Positions 16,728 through 34,110 of a stretch of DNA of 64,000 nucleotides are shown here, piece by piece. The position numbers and the translations under genes are program-made. The stretch comes from the human T2T-CHM13v2.0 reference genome, Homo sapiens. The notes below the pieces were generated by a model. It saw only the letters and a list, made by a program, of their open reading frames with translations, made no database searches and had not been told where the DNA came from. Within the stretch, counting starts at the first letter, position 1. Every line of letters starts with the position of its first letter. The DNA lies in NCBI RefSeq assembly GCF_009914755.1, contig NC_060940.1; one strand, written 5' to 3'.

Positions 16728-17087
16728 CATAAAATAGTTTATAGGAGGAATAGAACAGTCTCAGATAGAGGTAGGAGCTCTGGAGTCCAGCCACCTGAGC
16801 AGGAATCCCAGCTGATCGCTCGCCTGCTGGGTATCATTATATCAACCTCAGTTTCCTCAACTGTGAAATAAGAGTGATGATGATTGCATTGAATTCATCA
16901 GATTGTCATAAGAGTTCAATGAAATAATGCAAGTAAAATAGCTGGTATATAGCAAGCACTCCAAAAATCTCAGCTATTATTACTGTTATAATAGCACCCA
17001 TTTTATCCAAGGTTGGATAGTCAATGAAAGATACAGAAAAAGACAGGGAGACTTGGGAGTTGATGAAGTAGAACAGGTGAAGTAGAA

Positions 17088-17545
17088 TTCAATTCATTCA
17101 CTGAACCAATTTTTATTGACCACTCACTATAGCTCAGCATTCCACTAGGTACTGGGAACCAGTGGTAAGCAAAGACAGACATAGTTCCTATCTTCTTGGA
17201 GCTTACAGACTGGTGGGAGAGATGGACATAAACCAAAGAATCACACGAATAACTGCTAAATTTTGACAATGACAATTGTTACAGAAGAGAGATGTAGGAT
17301 GTTTCAAGAGCTGACAACAGGAGGACTTGATCTAATGAGAGATATCAGGGCAGGCTTCCCTGGAGAGTAAAGTTTGAGCTGAGATGGAACTCAGGTTAAA
17401 AGACTAAGCAGCAGGTGCAAAGTCCCTGTGGCAAAGACATACGCATGGAACTGAAAGAAGTCCAGAGTTGCCAGAGAGAGACTACAACGGGGAGTGTAGA
17501 GTGAGGTGAGGCTGAGAGCGAAGTCTGGACCAGCCCCATGCAGGG
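17088..17545 (-). mobile_element. L2 fragment
   Basis: attcattcactgaaccaatttttattgaccactcactat... L2 3' end in reverse. Confidence 0.65.
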
Positions 17546-19911
17546 TCTAATGATAATAATGACCACAAATAGAGTGGCAGCAATCATATATTGAACGCTT
17601 GCTATATGCCAGGCATATTATATCATATCGTCTAAACTCATGACAATACCATGAAGTTGGTGCTATTATTTTCTGCGTTTTACTAATGGGGAAACAGGCT
17701 TGAGATCATGTGGCTACCAAGGACGTGAACCACTTATGTCTAACTCAAGAGCCCTCACAGTCTTGGACTCAGAGCATCATACAATTTGTCATACAAATGA
17801 GGACAGTCCAGGGTTACATTATTAATAATACTAAGACCACAGACATAAACCAGGACCTCCCCAAGCACTACTGGATAATATCTCAGGATAAAAAAAAATG
17901 AAAGCACTTTGTAAACAGTGATATCTACTAAGAGATCAGAGACAATTCGTCTGACCATAAGGTTCAGGAAGGGGAAAGATCTCAGTGTAACCAGGAGATC
18001 ATTTTCTTGAACCAATGCCTCATTCTGCTACAACATGAAGCTTCATTCCAGTCCCACATCTTCAATATATTTGACATTTTGAAAAATAATTAATTGTGTC
18101 AGTTTTATTAATGTTTTAAAATACAAATTAAAAATGTGACAAATGAGTGAGAAACAGCAGTCTGTTTTAATGAAAATTTCATATTCTCCATCAATAAATC
18201 ATAAACTAAAGAGAACCCAACATAAGCCACTATATTCCTTGCCTGTCTGTGTATGGGGTTACTTGGCAGAGGGTTCCACTTGGGAACTGGAAAGATTCTA
18301 GAATTCTGCAGGGCCCAAGAGTTCAGGCTGGTGAGGATCAAAGGGGTCTGGCTTACAAAGACGTAGCACAGGCTCCAATTCCCCTGTTCTTTCCAAGAAC
18401 AAAGGGCTTAGAGAGATGTAGCACAGTGGCCCCATATGAACTTTACCTCTAAGTGATCCACCACTCTGCGAGGCAGCTTTCACCAGGACAGCATGGTGAC
18501 CAAGAAAAAGCACCCCAACATTAGGCAGAAATGCAGCAGAAGCATACCATTGTGCTGGCTGGAGAAGTCATCCCCCATCACCCTTCCTGGTTGAGATGTT
18601 GAGGATGATTCGTGGGGGGGGGTCCCTTGACCAAGGAGGATGTGAAACCAGGTACCCCTCTACTTCCTCTGCCAAGATTTCTCCTGCTTCAGACTCTGTT
18701 CCACCTGTAGGGCTCATTCCCAAACTTTGTGTCTAGAACCTCTACTGAAGTGTTCTTTTCCCTGTTTTAACATCTTACAAGAGATGTTTTATCCTACCTC
18801 TGGGTAGCAGTAAACCAATTCCATCTATTTCACATTTTTAAAGAAACCCAGATAAGGAGATGTGAGGGTCTCCCTTAGTCATCCCAGGTCATTTTAAATT
18901 CCCAAGTCTGCTCCTCCAGCACCATCTTGGAAAACTTTCATATCTGATTTCAGGTTTGCAAAGGATTGGGCCTGATTGAGCTAGACCTGCTTTTCAAAAA
19001 TTCTAAATATGTAAGAATGATTTGGCAGGGAGTGGTTGGAAATGCAAATTCCTTGGCTTTATAACGTTCTAAATATTGATTCTGTGGGTTTGGGGTGGGG
19101 GAGGCCAGCAACAGGGGTAGGAGTGTGCTTTGTAAATAAGCAACCTAGGTGCACTATTCAGAAGCACTACACTAAATGAGCCTTGGAAGGAACAGGGGAA
19201 TTGGAGCCTGGGGTTAGTGGGTTATCTGAGGGAACTGGGATATTTCCAACCAGAATCTCCTCAGTCTCAACTCCCCAATCCTCCCAGCTCTTCCCCACAT
19301 CCTCCCTCTGCACCAGAGTTTAGCAAACGTAGTCTTCTTAGGCCAGATTGAAATGCCAGAATGTATGGAGATTAATCACAGAATAATACAAACTGCCGCT
19401 TATCATCTCCTATATATTTGACATAATTACCCTACAAGCAACATGAAAATGTTATACTGTAATAACTCCTAGCCAGGAGAAAAGGCAGTGCTGCTGATAA
19501 CACGAAAATAGACAAGAATACAGAACACAGCCCTTCGAAAACTTTTAATTAATTTTTCCCCCTTTCAGCATAATTGATGTCAGTTCAGACTTCGGTGTTT
19601 CTGAAGTGTTTGGCCTCATAGCAAAGAAACTTAGGATCAGACAGACTGACTACAGAGCAAAGCTGGGCCCCAATGGGGGACTAAGGAGAGACGGCATGAG
19701 GAGCACTTGTTCATTTTTAAACACATAATTTAGACTATGTCACTTTTCTATTTAAATTATTTTATCGTTCCCCCTTGCCCTGCCCTGCAGAACCCAAAGA
19801 CCAAGGTCCTTTGGTGTCACTGGGGATAATTCATGGTGTGGCACTTGCTTGTTACCTTGTCAATTTCACCTGCTTTCCCCACCTACCAAGTGCCCCAGTG
19901 TGACTGAGTCA

Positions 19912-19967
19912 CTTGCATCATGCAATGGTGCACCTTGCATCATGCAATGGTGCACCTTGCACCATGC
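19912..19967 (+). repeat. 22-bp tandem repeat, ~2.5 copies (cttgcatcatgcaatggtgcac)
   Basis: Read directly. Confidence 0.9.
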
Positions 19968-21626
19968 TTCATTCCTCCAAAACTTTGCACTTGATGTTCT
20001 ATCTACTAGGACACCCCTCCCACCGAAACATCATCTGGCCAACCCAACTCATTCTTTAAAACTCAGCTCAGATGTCATCTCCTCTCCAGAGCCTTCCTTT
20101 CTCAATGACAGCCAAGGTTTCTGCCTTGGGCTCCTAGAGCCTCCTGACCTTTCTTCTAACATGGACTGTATCACCCTATATTGCATGAACCCACCTGTCT
20201 CTCTCCTCCTGTAGAATGTGAATGTATCATTCATTTCTATAGCCCAAATTCCACACAATGTCTAGGATAGAAAATGTGCTGAAAGAATATTTGAAGAATG
20301 AACAAATAAATATTCTCTATAGCTACTAGAGTAACCTAACGCTTTGTCAAAGTCCATAACATAGGAACCTACACAGTAAATTCCTTGTGTAAAAAACCAT
20401 GCATCTCTCTTCATAAACCACTGTGATTCATTGGTCAAACTGGCTTATGTAATCCAATATTTTCCTTTTTGCCTAGACTGCCAGGAAGCGCAACGCTAAA
20501 TGCCATGATAAATAATAACAACAGCATTAGCCTAGGTTTTCTTTTTGTTGATTGATTTTCTTTTTCCTTCACTGTGATTTTGTTGCTGTTTTTGTTTTCT
20601 GTTTCCCATTTACTGACTTATCAGTAGCAAGCAACTTTATATAGGCAAGCTGCAAAGACCAAGTAAAGCATATATGCAAGCCCTCTCATGCTTGCTTTAT
20701 GTCTTGCTTAACAGATAAGCACAGCTTTTGGATAAATAACAAGTATAATTTGTCTAAGTGGTAAACGAATACTCAACAAATGTTTGTTGAGCATTAACTG
20801 AGCCAGGCATCAAGCTGGGTCCTGTGCATATAGAGAAGAAAACACATGGTCTCCTCATTCAAGGAATGCCTTGTTTACTGGGAAGTAAAGGGGGTGATAT
20901 TTGAGCAGGGTCTTAATGGATATGTACGGGTTCACCAGTAGAAGAAACAAAACCTGCTGAATTTTAAGAACGTCAAGTGACTTGATATTGCTACAGGATA
21001 CATGTGAATGAGCAGTCGGTAGACGACCAACCTGTTGAAATGAGGAATGATAGCTCATAAGACTCTTAGGAACAGACGTTGCTGATAAGTTTAGACTTTA
21101 CCCTACAGGCCACTGGTCTATAACTGTTTTACATAGGGGTACCCCTTTTCAGTGTTCAGAGATTTCATGGCAGTAGTCTCAGTGCAAATTGACTGAGAAA
21201 ACACATGACAGCAAAAGTCATAGTAAGTTCAGTGATGCGTTTAAATTAATTTGTATTTTGTTCAACCCAATCAAATTTACAGACATTTGAAAAATAGCTG
21301 CACCCAGGAAAACATACACTGCTCCCCTCAGAGATATAAATAAAATATGAATGTGTCTATTCCAAGTGGTTACTCTTCTCCTCAACATCTTTCTCTCTCT
21401 CTCTCTCTCTCTCCACCTCCCCCCAACCCCGTAATATCTTATCTTGTGAGGCTTGGCATTGAAATGCAGTTTCCACAGTGCATGTTTCCAGTGTGGTTAT
21501 AAGTTGTGGACCTGTTTTATCAGATGGTCTTGTCTTTTGTTTAATCAGGCCTATATTGCACCCTTTCTCTTTTCTTTCTAGTTGTTCTCTTCTTTCTCTT
21601 ATGTTCTTGATCACTAGTCTATTTTT

Positions 21627-21915
<289 letters not shown>

Positions 21916-21999
21916 ACATCATCATCATCATCATCACCATCATCACCATCATCATCACCTATTGCTATCAAGTTACATTTTGATGTGTTAATCTAATTT

Positions 22000-22186
22000 T
22001 GTGGTCCTTAAATATTCATGTGTATCAGAACCACCCAGAGGGCTACTCAAATACAGATTGCTGGGTGTCATTCCCAGAGTTTCTAATTCAGTAGATCATT
22101 AGTGGGGTCTGAGAATTTGCTTTTCTAACAAATTCCCAAATGAGGCTGATGCTGCTGATCTGGGGACCACACTTTGAGAATCAGTG
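22000..22186. mobile_element. MER5A-type element
   Basis: gctgatgctgctgatctggggaccacactttgagaatcagtg terminus. Confidence 0.7.
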
Positions 22187-22290
22187 AGCTATTTTATCTC
22201 CCTTCTCCAACTATATTACCATTTCATTTATGGTTTCATTGGTTTCTTACATATTTTACCCTTCTTAAAATTCTCAAACCTTTGATTTCA

Positions 22291-22602
<312 letters not shown>

Positions 22603-22797
22603 TCAAAATGAATAAAACAATTATATTAAGAACATAAATGTTCATAAATACATACAATCCTGAAGAACACTTTTACATGCACCACGATGTTTCAGACTGA
22701 TTGTGTATACTTTATATAATTTCTTAACTCATTTCAAACTGGTAAGTAAATCAACACATATAATTTGCATTCCTTCTAATTGTCACCTGTCAGCAAT

Positions 22798-23410
22798 TGT
22801 AAACATGTATAAATGAGGAGCCAAGACTTTCATGTGATCTCTTTAGGTTTACATGTTTACCTGAGACACTGAATGTACCGACAGTAGCCAGACTCTATAT
22901 AAAGATGAACCCTGACCCAAAAATCTGCAGCGACCAGCCCGGACATTATCTACAGGAACCAGCCCAGGGTGCCAACCTGTTCTCTGTAAGTCAGACTTGT
23001 AGAAAGTCCGGCCACTATCTCTAGCAATTGGTTCAGGAAGCCAAGCAACAACCCCAGTAACAATCAGTCCCAAATGCCCAGGGTTCAAATAATAACTAAC
23101 AGCTTCCCTAAAATTTTTGTCCCTGTATCCAACTGGGGATAAACCCAAGAAAGCTAACCAGATACCCCTACCAGATCACAGCAGATGACCACTTGTAATT
23201 ATCCCACCTTCAGGTTCCCCATGACAACAGCTGCAATCAGAGCACACCAAGTCTTCTTTTTCTTCTGCAATAAAGGTTTCGCTCTCCTCTATCTACCTTT
23301 GAGTGTCTGCCAAAACGCAAGTGATGCTGGCTGACTCCCTTGCTATGGCAAGCTCTGAATAAATAGCTTTTTCTTGTTCTTATTTGGTTGGGCTGCGTTT
23401 ATTTCTAAAG
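22798..23410 (+). mobile_element. ERV1-class solo LTR (MER90-like; family name uncertain)
   Basis: LTR architecture with aataaa near the 3' end (gcaagctctgaataaatagc). Confidence 0.5.
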
Positions 23411-23759
23411 CTAGCTGGGAGGACAGGGGAAAGCCACAGCCAACTGAGCCTTGGGTAAAGGTATCTAAGCATTACATAAAATACTTGTATGTACAAGACC
23501 CATTAGAATGTTTATCCAGTCTGCATATAATGGTTGCTGCAGGTAAGTGTCCTCAGGCTCTTTTCCAGAATTCTGTTGAGGGATCGTGTGGTCTCATTGA
23601 CAGCAAATACGGCTGGGGGAAAAGGGGGGTCGTCAAGGAATTTTTGAGCTGAAAGTTGTCATGATTTTTGCATTAAAGACACCATCCCAGCAGCTGTGTG
23701 GAGGATGAGGAGTAAGGAAGGGCAGAAAGCATCAACCAGGATTTCTCCAAAGGGGTTAA

Positions 23760-24159
<400 letters not shown>

Positions 24160-24462
24160 GCACGCTTTCTTTACTGAACACAAAGGTTGGCAAAGTTGTC
24201 TTCTCAGGCAGGAGGAGGTCCTTGCGTGGCCTCTGAGTGAAGTCTCGGGGAAGTGCGGACCACAGTCATGGTTATTTAATTACCATGAGAGACTCTCATC
24301 AGGATACCAACAGGCAAGTTCACAGCTGAGAAACCCCTCTTACTTGCTGGGCTTGGGAGGCCCATCATTCCTTTGATGGGCCTGTGGCCTGCTCTTTTGA
24401 CCTCCAACATCTGGATTTGCTGGGGCTGTGGAAATGATTCCCAGTCCAGGTGATAGAAACGT

Positions 24463-24676
24463 CAGGAACAAGACTCTGGCCAAAACATTTGGCCAGACTT
24501 TGTTAATTTCATGAGGCAGGGGAAAGTGCAAGTTTCACGCTCCTGGAACGGCTGCAAGCAAGACCCTCTGAAAAGCCTGTTCTTCAAATAAGTTACTTAG
24601 ACACCATGAGTTTGAATCTAAGCTCCCGCCCCTAGTAACGGTGGGACCCTGACTGAGCAAGGGGCTTAGTTAGCCT
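24463..24676 (+). repeat. Local duplication D, copy 1 (~210 bp)
   Basis: Near-identical to 27689-27897. Confidence 0.93.
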
Positions 24677-25159
24677 CTCCACCCCTGGATTTTCTCATTT
24701 GTGAAAAGGACATAATATGAGTTCCTGCCTCTCAGGGTTGCTGTGAAATGATTCATTTGAAGGGTCTGGCAGTGTGCCTGACCCATAGCAAACTCTGGCA
24801 ATTATAACACATGTTTCTTGAGTGCCGGGTGGCACCTCTATAGCTTCCTACAGTCAAGGTCAATGATTCTCAGATACTAGCCATGTACAGCATGGCTTTA
24901 CAACCTTTTATTATTATTACCTCCCTGATGAGTCTTTTAAACTTTTTTTCCTAATCGTCACCCCACACACACCCTTGAAATAATAGAACAGGTGCACTGT
25001 GTATCTGTTTCTGTACTGTGACCTTTTGCAGGGCCACGAACCATTGTAGTATCCTAGACCTTTTTCACCCCCTAAGACCAAATTATCTGAGCAGAGATGA
25101 AATCTTATATGCATTTCTTGTCCTTTTCTTGCCCATAGAGAAGTGAGCTAAAAATTGCC

Positions 25160-25163
<4 letters not shown>

Positions 25164-25208
<45 letters not shown>
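25164..25208. repeat. (TA)n microsatellite
   Basis: About 22 uninterrupted TA units. Confidence 0.95.
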
Positions 25209-25213
<5 letters not shown>

Positions 25214-25345
25214 AAAAAATACACCCATATATGGAAAATACTTTGTTTTACTTTGACTGACAGAAATGACCATGTGAAATATTTCAATTTTACGTAGTCA
25301 GTGGAGGAGCTACTGTTAAAAAGAAATAAAGCATCTTCCAATTTA

Positions 25346-26021
<676 letters not shown>

Positions 26022-26284
26022 AAGAATGCATGATCTCAAAGTGAGATCTGTGTGAACTGAGAAAAATAAGAAAGTTCACATACATTCTGTTTAAAGTTCA
26101 ACCTTTTATTCCAAGATATCATATTTTCCTTCGTGTGTGTGTGTATGTGTGTGAAAGACGGTTGTAATAGGAAATGGTAGTGATTATCTTTTTGTATGCG
26201 GGGTTCTGTGTCTGTGTGCTCAGGTGGTGGCTGAATTGATAGACTTACTTGCCATGATGAAGAGTAAGTAACAGAACTTCTACC

Positions 26285-26852
26285 TGTATTAGTCAGGGTT
26301 CTCTAGAGGGCAGAAGTAATAGGATAGATGTTGATATATATAAAAGGGAATTTATTCAGGAGAATTGGCTCACATGATCACAAGGTGAAGTCCCCCCACA
26401 GTCCATCTGCAAGCTGAGGGGTAAGGAAGCCAGTAGTGGCTCAGTCCGAGTCCCAAAACCTCAAAACCAGGGAAGCCGACAGTGCAGCCTTCAGTCTGTA
26501 TCCAAAGGCCCAAGAGCCCCTGGCAAACCACTGGTGTAAGCCCGAGAGTCCAAAAGCCAAAGAACTTGGAATCTGATGTTCCAGGGCAGGAAGCATCCAT
26601 CATGGGAGAAAGATGAAGGCCAGAAGACTCAGAAAGTCAGCTTCTTCCACCATCTTCTGCCTGCTTTTTCTAGCCGTGCTGGCAGCTAATTGGATGGTGT
26701 TTACCCACGTTGTGGGTGGGTCTTCCTCTACCAGTCCACTGACTCAAATGATAATCTCTTCTGGCAATAGCCAGAAATACCCAGATACATCCAGAAACAA
26801 TACTTTGCATCCTTCAAGCCAATCAAGCTGACACTTAATATTAACCATCACA
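26285..26852 (-). mobile_element. MLT2 (ERVL) solo LTR
   Basis: tgtattagtcagggttctctagaggg ... ttaatattaaccatcaca; near-perfect 5-bp TSD ctacc/gtacc. Confidence 0.85.
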
Positions 26853-26904
26853 GTACCCTAGAATTTTGTTCGTGTTCTCTGGAATCTAAAATCTGGTCCC
26901 TCCT

Positions 26905-27327
<423 letters not shown>

Positions 27328-27688
27328 TCATCCCCTTCCTCACCCTGTGGTCCTCGCTGAACACACAGGATAGAACATCCACTGCTCTCCTCCTGAGAGA
27401 ACCGCAGTAGAAGACTGAGCAAAACATTCCTGGGCACAGCTATTCTGCACCTCACCTTGTACTTGATTTGCAGAACTACAAAGATGAATGATACATGGTT
27501 CTAACCCTAAAGGAGTTCAAAGTCTAGCAAAGGTGACAGAGGTCTCCCGCCATCCTGTTCGCTCACTCTTCCTTGTTCTACTGAGCTATGAGTCTCCCAG
27601 GAAACATGCTGCGGTCTCTGGCACTGGAGGATTTTTTTCTCCAAAGAAAGGATCCCCTTGGATTCTGGTTTTTACCAGAACCAAGAAC

Positions 27689-27897
27689 CAGGAACAAGAC
27701 TCTGGCCAAAACATTTGGCCAGACTTTGTTAATTTCATGAGGCAGGGGAAATGCAAGTTTCACGCTCCTGGAATGGCTGCAAGCAAGACCCTCTGAAAAG
27801 CCTGTTCTTCAGATAAGTTAGTCAGACACCATGTGTTTGAATCCAAGCTCCAGCCCCTAGTAACGGTGGGACCCTGACTGAGCAAGTGGCTTAGCCT
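27689..27897 (+). repeat. Local duplication D, copy 2
   Basis: Near-identical to 24463-24676. Confidence 0.93.
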
Positions 27898-28319
27898 ACA
27901 CTGTGTAGCCTTCTCTACACTGTTATAGTTAAAAATAATATTTAACATTAAAAAACAAAGATGAAAATGTCAAGGCCAAATTAGGTGAGCATTGCATAAG
28001 AAGAAAATTCCACAAATAAACAGTTGGCCCCAAACTCAACTTCCTGTGGCCAAAGCAAAGAGAGAAAGTCCATCAGTGACAACATTCCCAGTATCCTCAG
28101 ATTTAACCATGCTAAAGTTTGACAAGAAACATTGACTTTCTGTCTGTGAGGCAGGACAAAAATTCATCTTTTCAAAACCTTTCATAGAGTAGCGCAATTG
28201 ATATTATGAGAGCATCTCAAACAATGCTCTGAAATAAAACTTAACAGTGTGTTTCTAGGGGTGTTTTATTAAACTTCTCCATTCAAGCTCATGTACCAAA
28301 TGTAAAACCCATGGCCATA

Positions 28320-29215
28320 TCTGTGCAAAACTGAGAGCCACCCAAATGTCCTTCACTAGGTTATTGGATACACAAACTATACTACATCAGAACCATGGAA
28401 TACTACTCAGCAATGAAAAGGAGCAAATGCAACAAAGTGGATAGATCTCAAAGGTATTATGCTGAGTGAAGAAAAGCCAGTCTCCAAAGATTCTATATTG
28501 TATGGTTCCATTTATATAACATTCTCAAAATTACAGAGCTCCAAAGCTAGAGGACAGAGGAGTGATTTCCAGGGGTGAAGCAAGGACTATAAGGGGGACC
28601 AGGCACAGCGGCTCACACCTGTAATCCCAGCACTTTGGGAGGCTGAAGCAAGAGGATCACTTGAAGCCAGGAATTTGAGACCAGCCTGGGCAACACAGCT
28701 AGACGCTATCTCTGCAAAAAAAAAAAAAAATTTTAATATTAGCCAGGCATGGTTGTGTATGCCTATAGTCCCAGCTACTACGGGGGCTAAGGTGGGAGCA
28801 TCACTTGAACCCAGGAGGTTGAGGCTGTAGTGAGCTATATTCACTCCACTGCTCTCCAGCCTGAACCACAGAGTGAGACTCTATTTCTTTAAAAGAAAAA
28901 AAAAATACTACAAAGGGTAGCTACTTAGAGCTCCTTTGAGGTGATTGAAAAGGTCTGCTTCATGATTGTGCTGTGCAAAAATCTATACAAAGCAGAAATT
29001 TGCACAAAACTGTACACACACACACACACACACAAAGATAAGATCTGTAGTTTAACTAACAGTATTGCAATGTGGATTTTCTAGCTTTGATATTGCACTG
29101 CAGTTATGTAGGATGTCACCACTGGGGAAAGATAAGTGAAGGGTTCAAGGTACTCTATGTACTATTTTTGCCACTGCCTGCGAGCCTATAATTATTTCAA
29201 AATAAATAGGAAAAA
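28320..29215 (+). mobile_element. L1M 3' end (L1MB/MC-like) interrupted by AluJ 28597-28905
   Basis: cccaaatgtcc...gaatactactcagcaatgaaaagg; A-rich end. Confidence 0.7.
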
Positions 29216-29906
29216 AAAAAAAAAGACAATGGCTGTGCTCTAAGGTCCTACTGCTCCTGAATTCTCTAACTCAGGGACCCTGGCCTTCCGCCCTGAAGGT
29301 GAAACCTTGCTGTTTCTGCACAAACCCCTCCCCTCCCCTCCCAGCAGCCCTTGATCCTTGGGCTTAACAGCTCCCAGGGCCCACCGAGCTGTGATTCTGA
29401 AGTCGTCTTTGATCACTCACTTTAGGTCTCTTACCACTTAAGCTGCCTGTATTTAAACTTTCCCCGAGTGATCTCCATCCTTTTATCCAGGTCCTTTGAT
29501 GGCTTGGCTCTGGTCACTTGCTAATCCAGCCGAGGTTCTTGCTTCCTGCCAGGTTTTTCTTCCGACTTCTCATCCTCCCCTTTGTTGCTCACCCTTTGCT
29601 TGGCGAAGAGGCCAGGATGGAGATGACAGGAGAGCACAAGAGTGCCGATCGCAGCCGTTTCATTCCTCTGGTCTGAGAAACACTCAGCTGGCCCTGGGGC
29701 ATCAGCTCAGTGCCCCTGCTTTCCAGACCAAGAATCAAGACCTGTGATTTAATGGGCATTCTTTCATATCACTTTGAAATTGAGGTTCTGGAAAATCTGG
29801 CCACGGGTGGTCCCTGTGGGTGTCTGTGGCCAGAGAAGTCTTTCAGGAGAACGAAAATAGCTGTAGAGTCCAAAGAATCAGGAGATGGAGATTCAAGGAT
29901 TTGAAC

Positions 29907-30640
<734 letters not shown>

Positions 30641-31717
30641 TAAGACTACTTCACTATAACAGAACAATAAGAGATGTATTTGAAAGGGCTTCTGTTCTTT
30701 AATTTTCCCCTTTATTGACTGCCTGGGCCCTGCAAACAGATGAGGTCATGTGATTTCAGGGAAAAAAAAGGGGTAGGGGCGGACAGCGTGGCTCAAGCCT
30801 GCAATTCCAGCCCTTTGGGAGGCCATGGCAGGAGCATCGCTTGAGACCAGGAGTTCGAGACTGCAGTGATCTATGATTGCACCAAACTCTGTCTCTAATA
30901 ATAATAATAATAAAAATAATAATAAAAATGAGGCACCATTGCTGACCAGAGAGAGAGAGTCTCCTTCTTGACCTCTCATCGTCCCTTCATAGCACTTATC
31001 TCCGTTTGGAATCATACATGTGACACTTGATTGATCCTCCGCCCCCAGCCGTGCTTTCTGTGGGGTTGGCTCTGCTTCTCTTTCGCTCCCCACGGACAGT
31101 GTCTGCTGGTGCATACTAAGTCTTCCATAATATTTGCTGAATGTAAGAATGATGGAGTTAATTAAGCCCAAGGAGTGAGGCCAGGTTCAAAAGTCCTGGA
31201 AATGAGTCAAATAAGAATCCTAAAAGCAGCTGACACTGGCTTAGCACTCACAGATGAGAAGTCCTGTTCCACGTACTTTGCCTGCTGTAACTTATGCAAT
31301 GGCCACAACAACCCTGAGGGTAGGCACTGATGTTAGTGCTGTCTTAAGGATGAGGAGGTTGAGGGACGAAGAGCTTAAGCAGTTTGTCCTTCGTACCACA
31401 GCTGGGTGTTCAAATGCCTATAGAGCCTGTGCCTTGAGCCCCTATGCTCTGCAGACCCCCAGAAGTAAACGTGGAAATATGGTCTCATAGATGGCTGGAA
31501 GTCAGAAGGTGAGGCAGCCTTCAGGACCAGGGCCTTCCCACTCATGGGGTTTCCCTCCCCTCTCCTCCCAGGTCTCTCCTTCACAGTAACCTTTGTGGTT
31601 TTCTCTGGTTTTGCCCATGTGAGTTGGTGTTTATCATGCACATTTCCTGAGCTCTTCTCTCTTCACATGTGATGCTGACTTTCTGAGCACCTCATACATC
31701 CCAAAGGTATGCACTAC

Positions 31718-32143
31718 TGATGCAGGGTAGGTTCTTGGCTTAGCCCAGGAAGGAATTCAAGAGCAAGCCTGTAGTAGAAGAAAACAGCTGTATTGAGGAG
31801 GTGGCAGGGTTGCAGCTCCGTGACTGCTCCTGCAAGAGCAGGGCTACCCCACAGGCAATGTGCTAAGAGTAGCAGCTCAGGGCAGTTTTGCGGTCGTCTT
31901 TATACCCACTTTTAATGATATACTAATTAAGGAGCAGCCTTTCAGAATCAGCTAGAAAATGAGCAGTAACTTCTGGTGGTGGGGAGGTGTTGCCATGGCA
32001 AGGCAAGGGGCAGTAACTTCTGGGTGTTGTCATGGCAATGGTAAACTGTCATGGCGCTGGTAGATGCGTCTTTTGGTTCCTCCTCCCAGCTTCCAGCAGT
32101 CTTCAATCTGGTCCGGGGTCCAGTTGCATCTGCTGCCTATCTC
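31718..32143 (-). mobile_element. ERV1-class solo LTR (MER66-like)
   Basis: Homologous to 1-325; TG...CA termini. Confidence 0.6.
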
Positions 32144-32179
32144 ACTATTGTTTTCACGTCGATGACTCCCCATGCATCT

Positions 32180-32400
32180 GACCAGGTAATTCTCAACCAG
32201 GACAATCGTGTCTTCCAGGGGACACCTGGCAATATCTGGAGATGTTTTTGGTTGTCATAATTGCAAAGGGGGGATGCAGTTGGCATCTACTGGGTGGAAT
32301 CCAGGGATTCTGCCAAACAGCCTACAATACAGAAGGAAGCTCCCAAGAACAAAGAATATCTGGCCTCAAATGTCACTAGTACCAAGGTTGGGAAAGCCTG
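32180..32400. mobile_element. MER20 (hAT-Charlie)
   Basis: ggcaatatctggagatgtttttggttgtcataatt...aaagaatatctggcctcaaatgtc. Confidence 0.75.
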
Positions 32401-32999
32401 GTCGGCCTAACCCTAAGAAGTATCTCCAACTGCCTCTTGGACCTGTCCCTCTTGGATGTCCCCACAGTGTCTGAAGCACTGTCTTCCAGCATGAATTTAC
32501 TATCTACTCCCCTCCTTCAACACCACCTGTCGGCATGCCTCCTGGCATTTTCCAGCTCTGTGAATCATAATACCATCCATACTCATATTTCACCTGAGAA
32601 CCCGGTCTCTTCTTCCTGCATCCATCACTCACCCAGTCCATCAATTCTACCTCGTAAATGCCAAGTCTGAATTCTTCTCTCCTTCCCGCCAGCTCTGCCC
32701 ACATTCTCTCATCTACACAAGTATCAGCCCCTCTGCCGGCCTTTGTCCCTGCAGTTATACCAGCCCCCGCTGCTCCAGCCCATCACTCAAGCTATAGACA
32801 GAGATCCTTCTAGGGCACAAAAGTATCGCCTCCTCCATAGAACTCCCCACTGGGTTTCCTTTTGGGTTGAAAAGGGGTGAAAACATTCATCCTTTTCATC
32901 CTTTGGGGATGAAAATGTTCTAGAACTAGATGGTGGCAATGGTTGCATGACACTGTGCATGTACTGAATGCCACTGAGTTGTGTGCACTTTATTTGTCG

Positions 33000-33305
<306 letters not shown>

Positions 33306-33564
33306 CGTGTGCACTTTAAAATGATTGAAATGTAAATTTTATGTCATGTGTATTTTATCACAATTTTTTAACACCCTTCACATTGATCTCAATGCTCCTC
33401 CCTGTGGCCTTCCGTAATGTGGCCCCTGCTGACCGCTCCAGCCTCTGTTCTTGCTAAGGATGCAAATAAATAGTTGGATTTTGCTGGGGACCAGAGCTGG
33501 AGGTGTCTGAGATCCCATGGAAGAAATAATGAATCGGTGAGGCTTGAGGAAACAGGATACACTC

Positions 33565-34110
33565 GGAGAGGGTAGCAGATTGTACTTTCTAAACGTGGCT
33601 CTAGCAGCTCTCCAATCCCCCATGTCCTTGTTAGAATATGACCTTGATACTTCTCCCAGGGAGGTTGAGGTCTATGTTCCCTCCTTGTGAATCAGAACAG
33701 GCTGTAACTGTGGCAGAAGGGATGCTATATGACTTCTGAGACTAGGTCACAAAAGGTAACACAACTTCCACCTTGCCCATGGGAGCACTAGCCCTGGGCC
33801 CAGGAACTGCCATATAAGCCTCCCAACAGCCCTGATACTACCATATTGTCAGGAAGCCCAGTGTAGCCCATGGGGAGAGCCATATGGAAAGGCCCCGAGA
33901 TGATGTAAAGAGAGAAGTGCTCAGCCTGCCCCTAGCTGCTCCACTGCCTGCTGTTCCAGCTCCAGCTACTGCATGAAAGAGGACAAACCACAATCGCCCA
34001 GCTGAGTCCTTCTGCAATTCCCAACTCTCAGAGACCACAAGCAATATACAAGGGTCACTAGTTTTGGCCACTACATCTTGGGTAATTTATTAGGCAGCTA
34101 CGAAGAAATG
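33565..34110 (+). mobile_element. MLT1 MaLR LTR
   Basis: gtgactt-type motif atgacttctgagactaggtcacaaaagg; gaagcccagtgtagcccatgggg. Confidence 0.7.
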
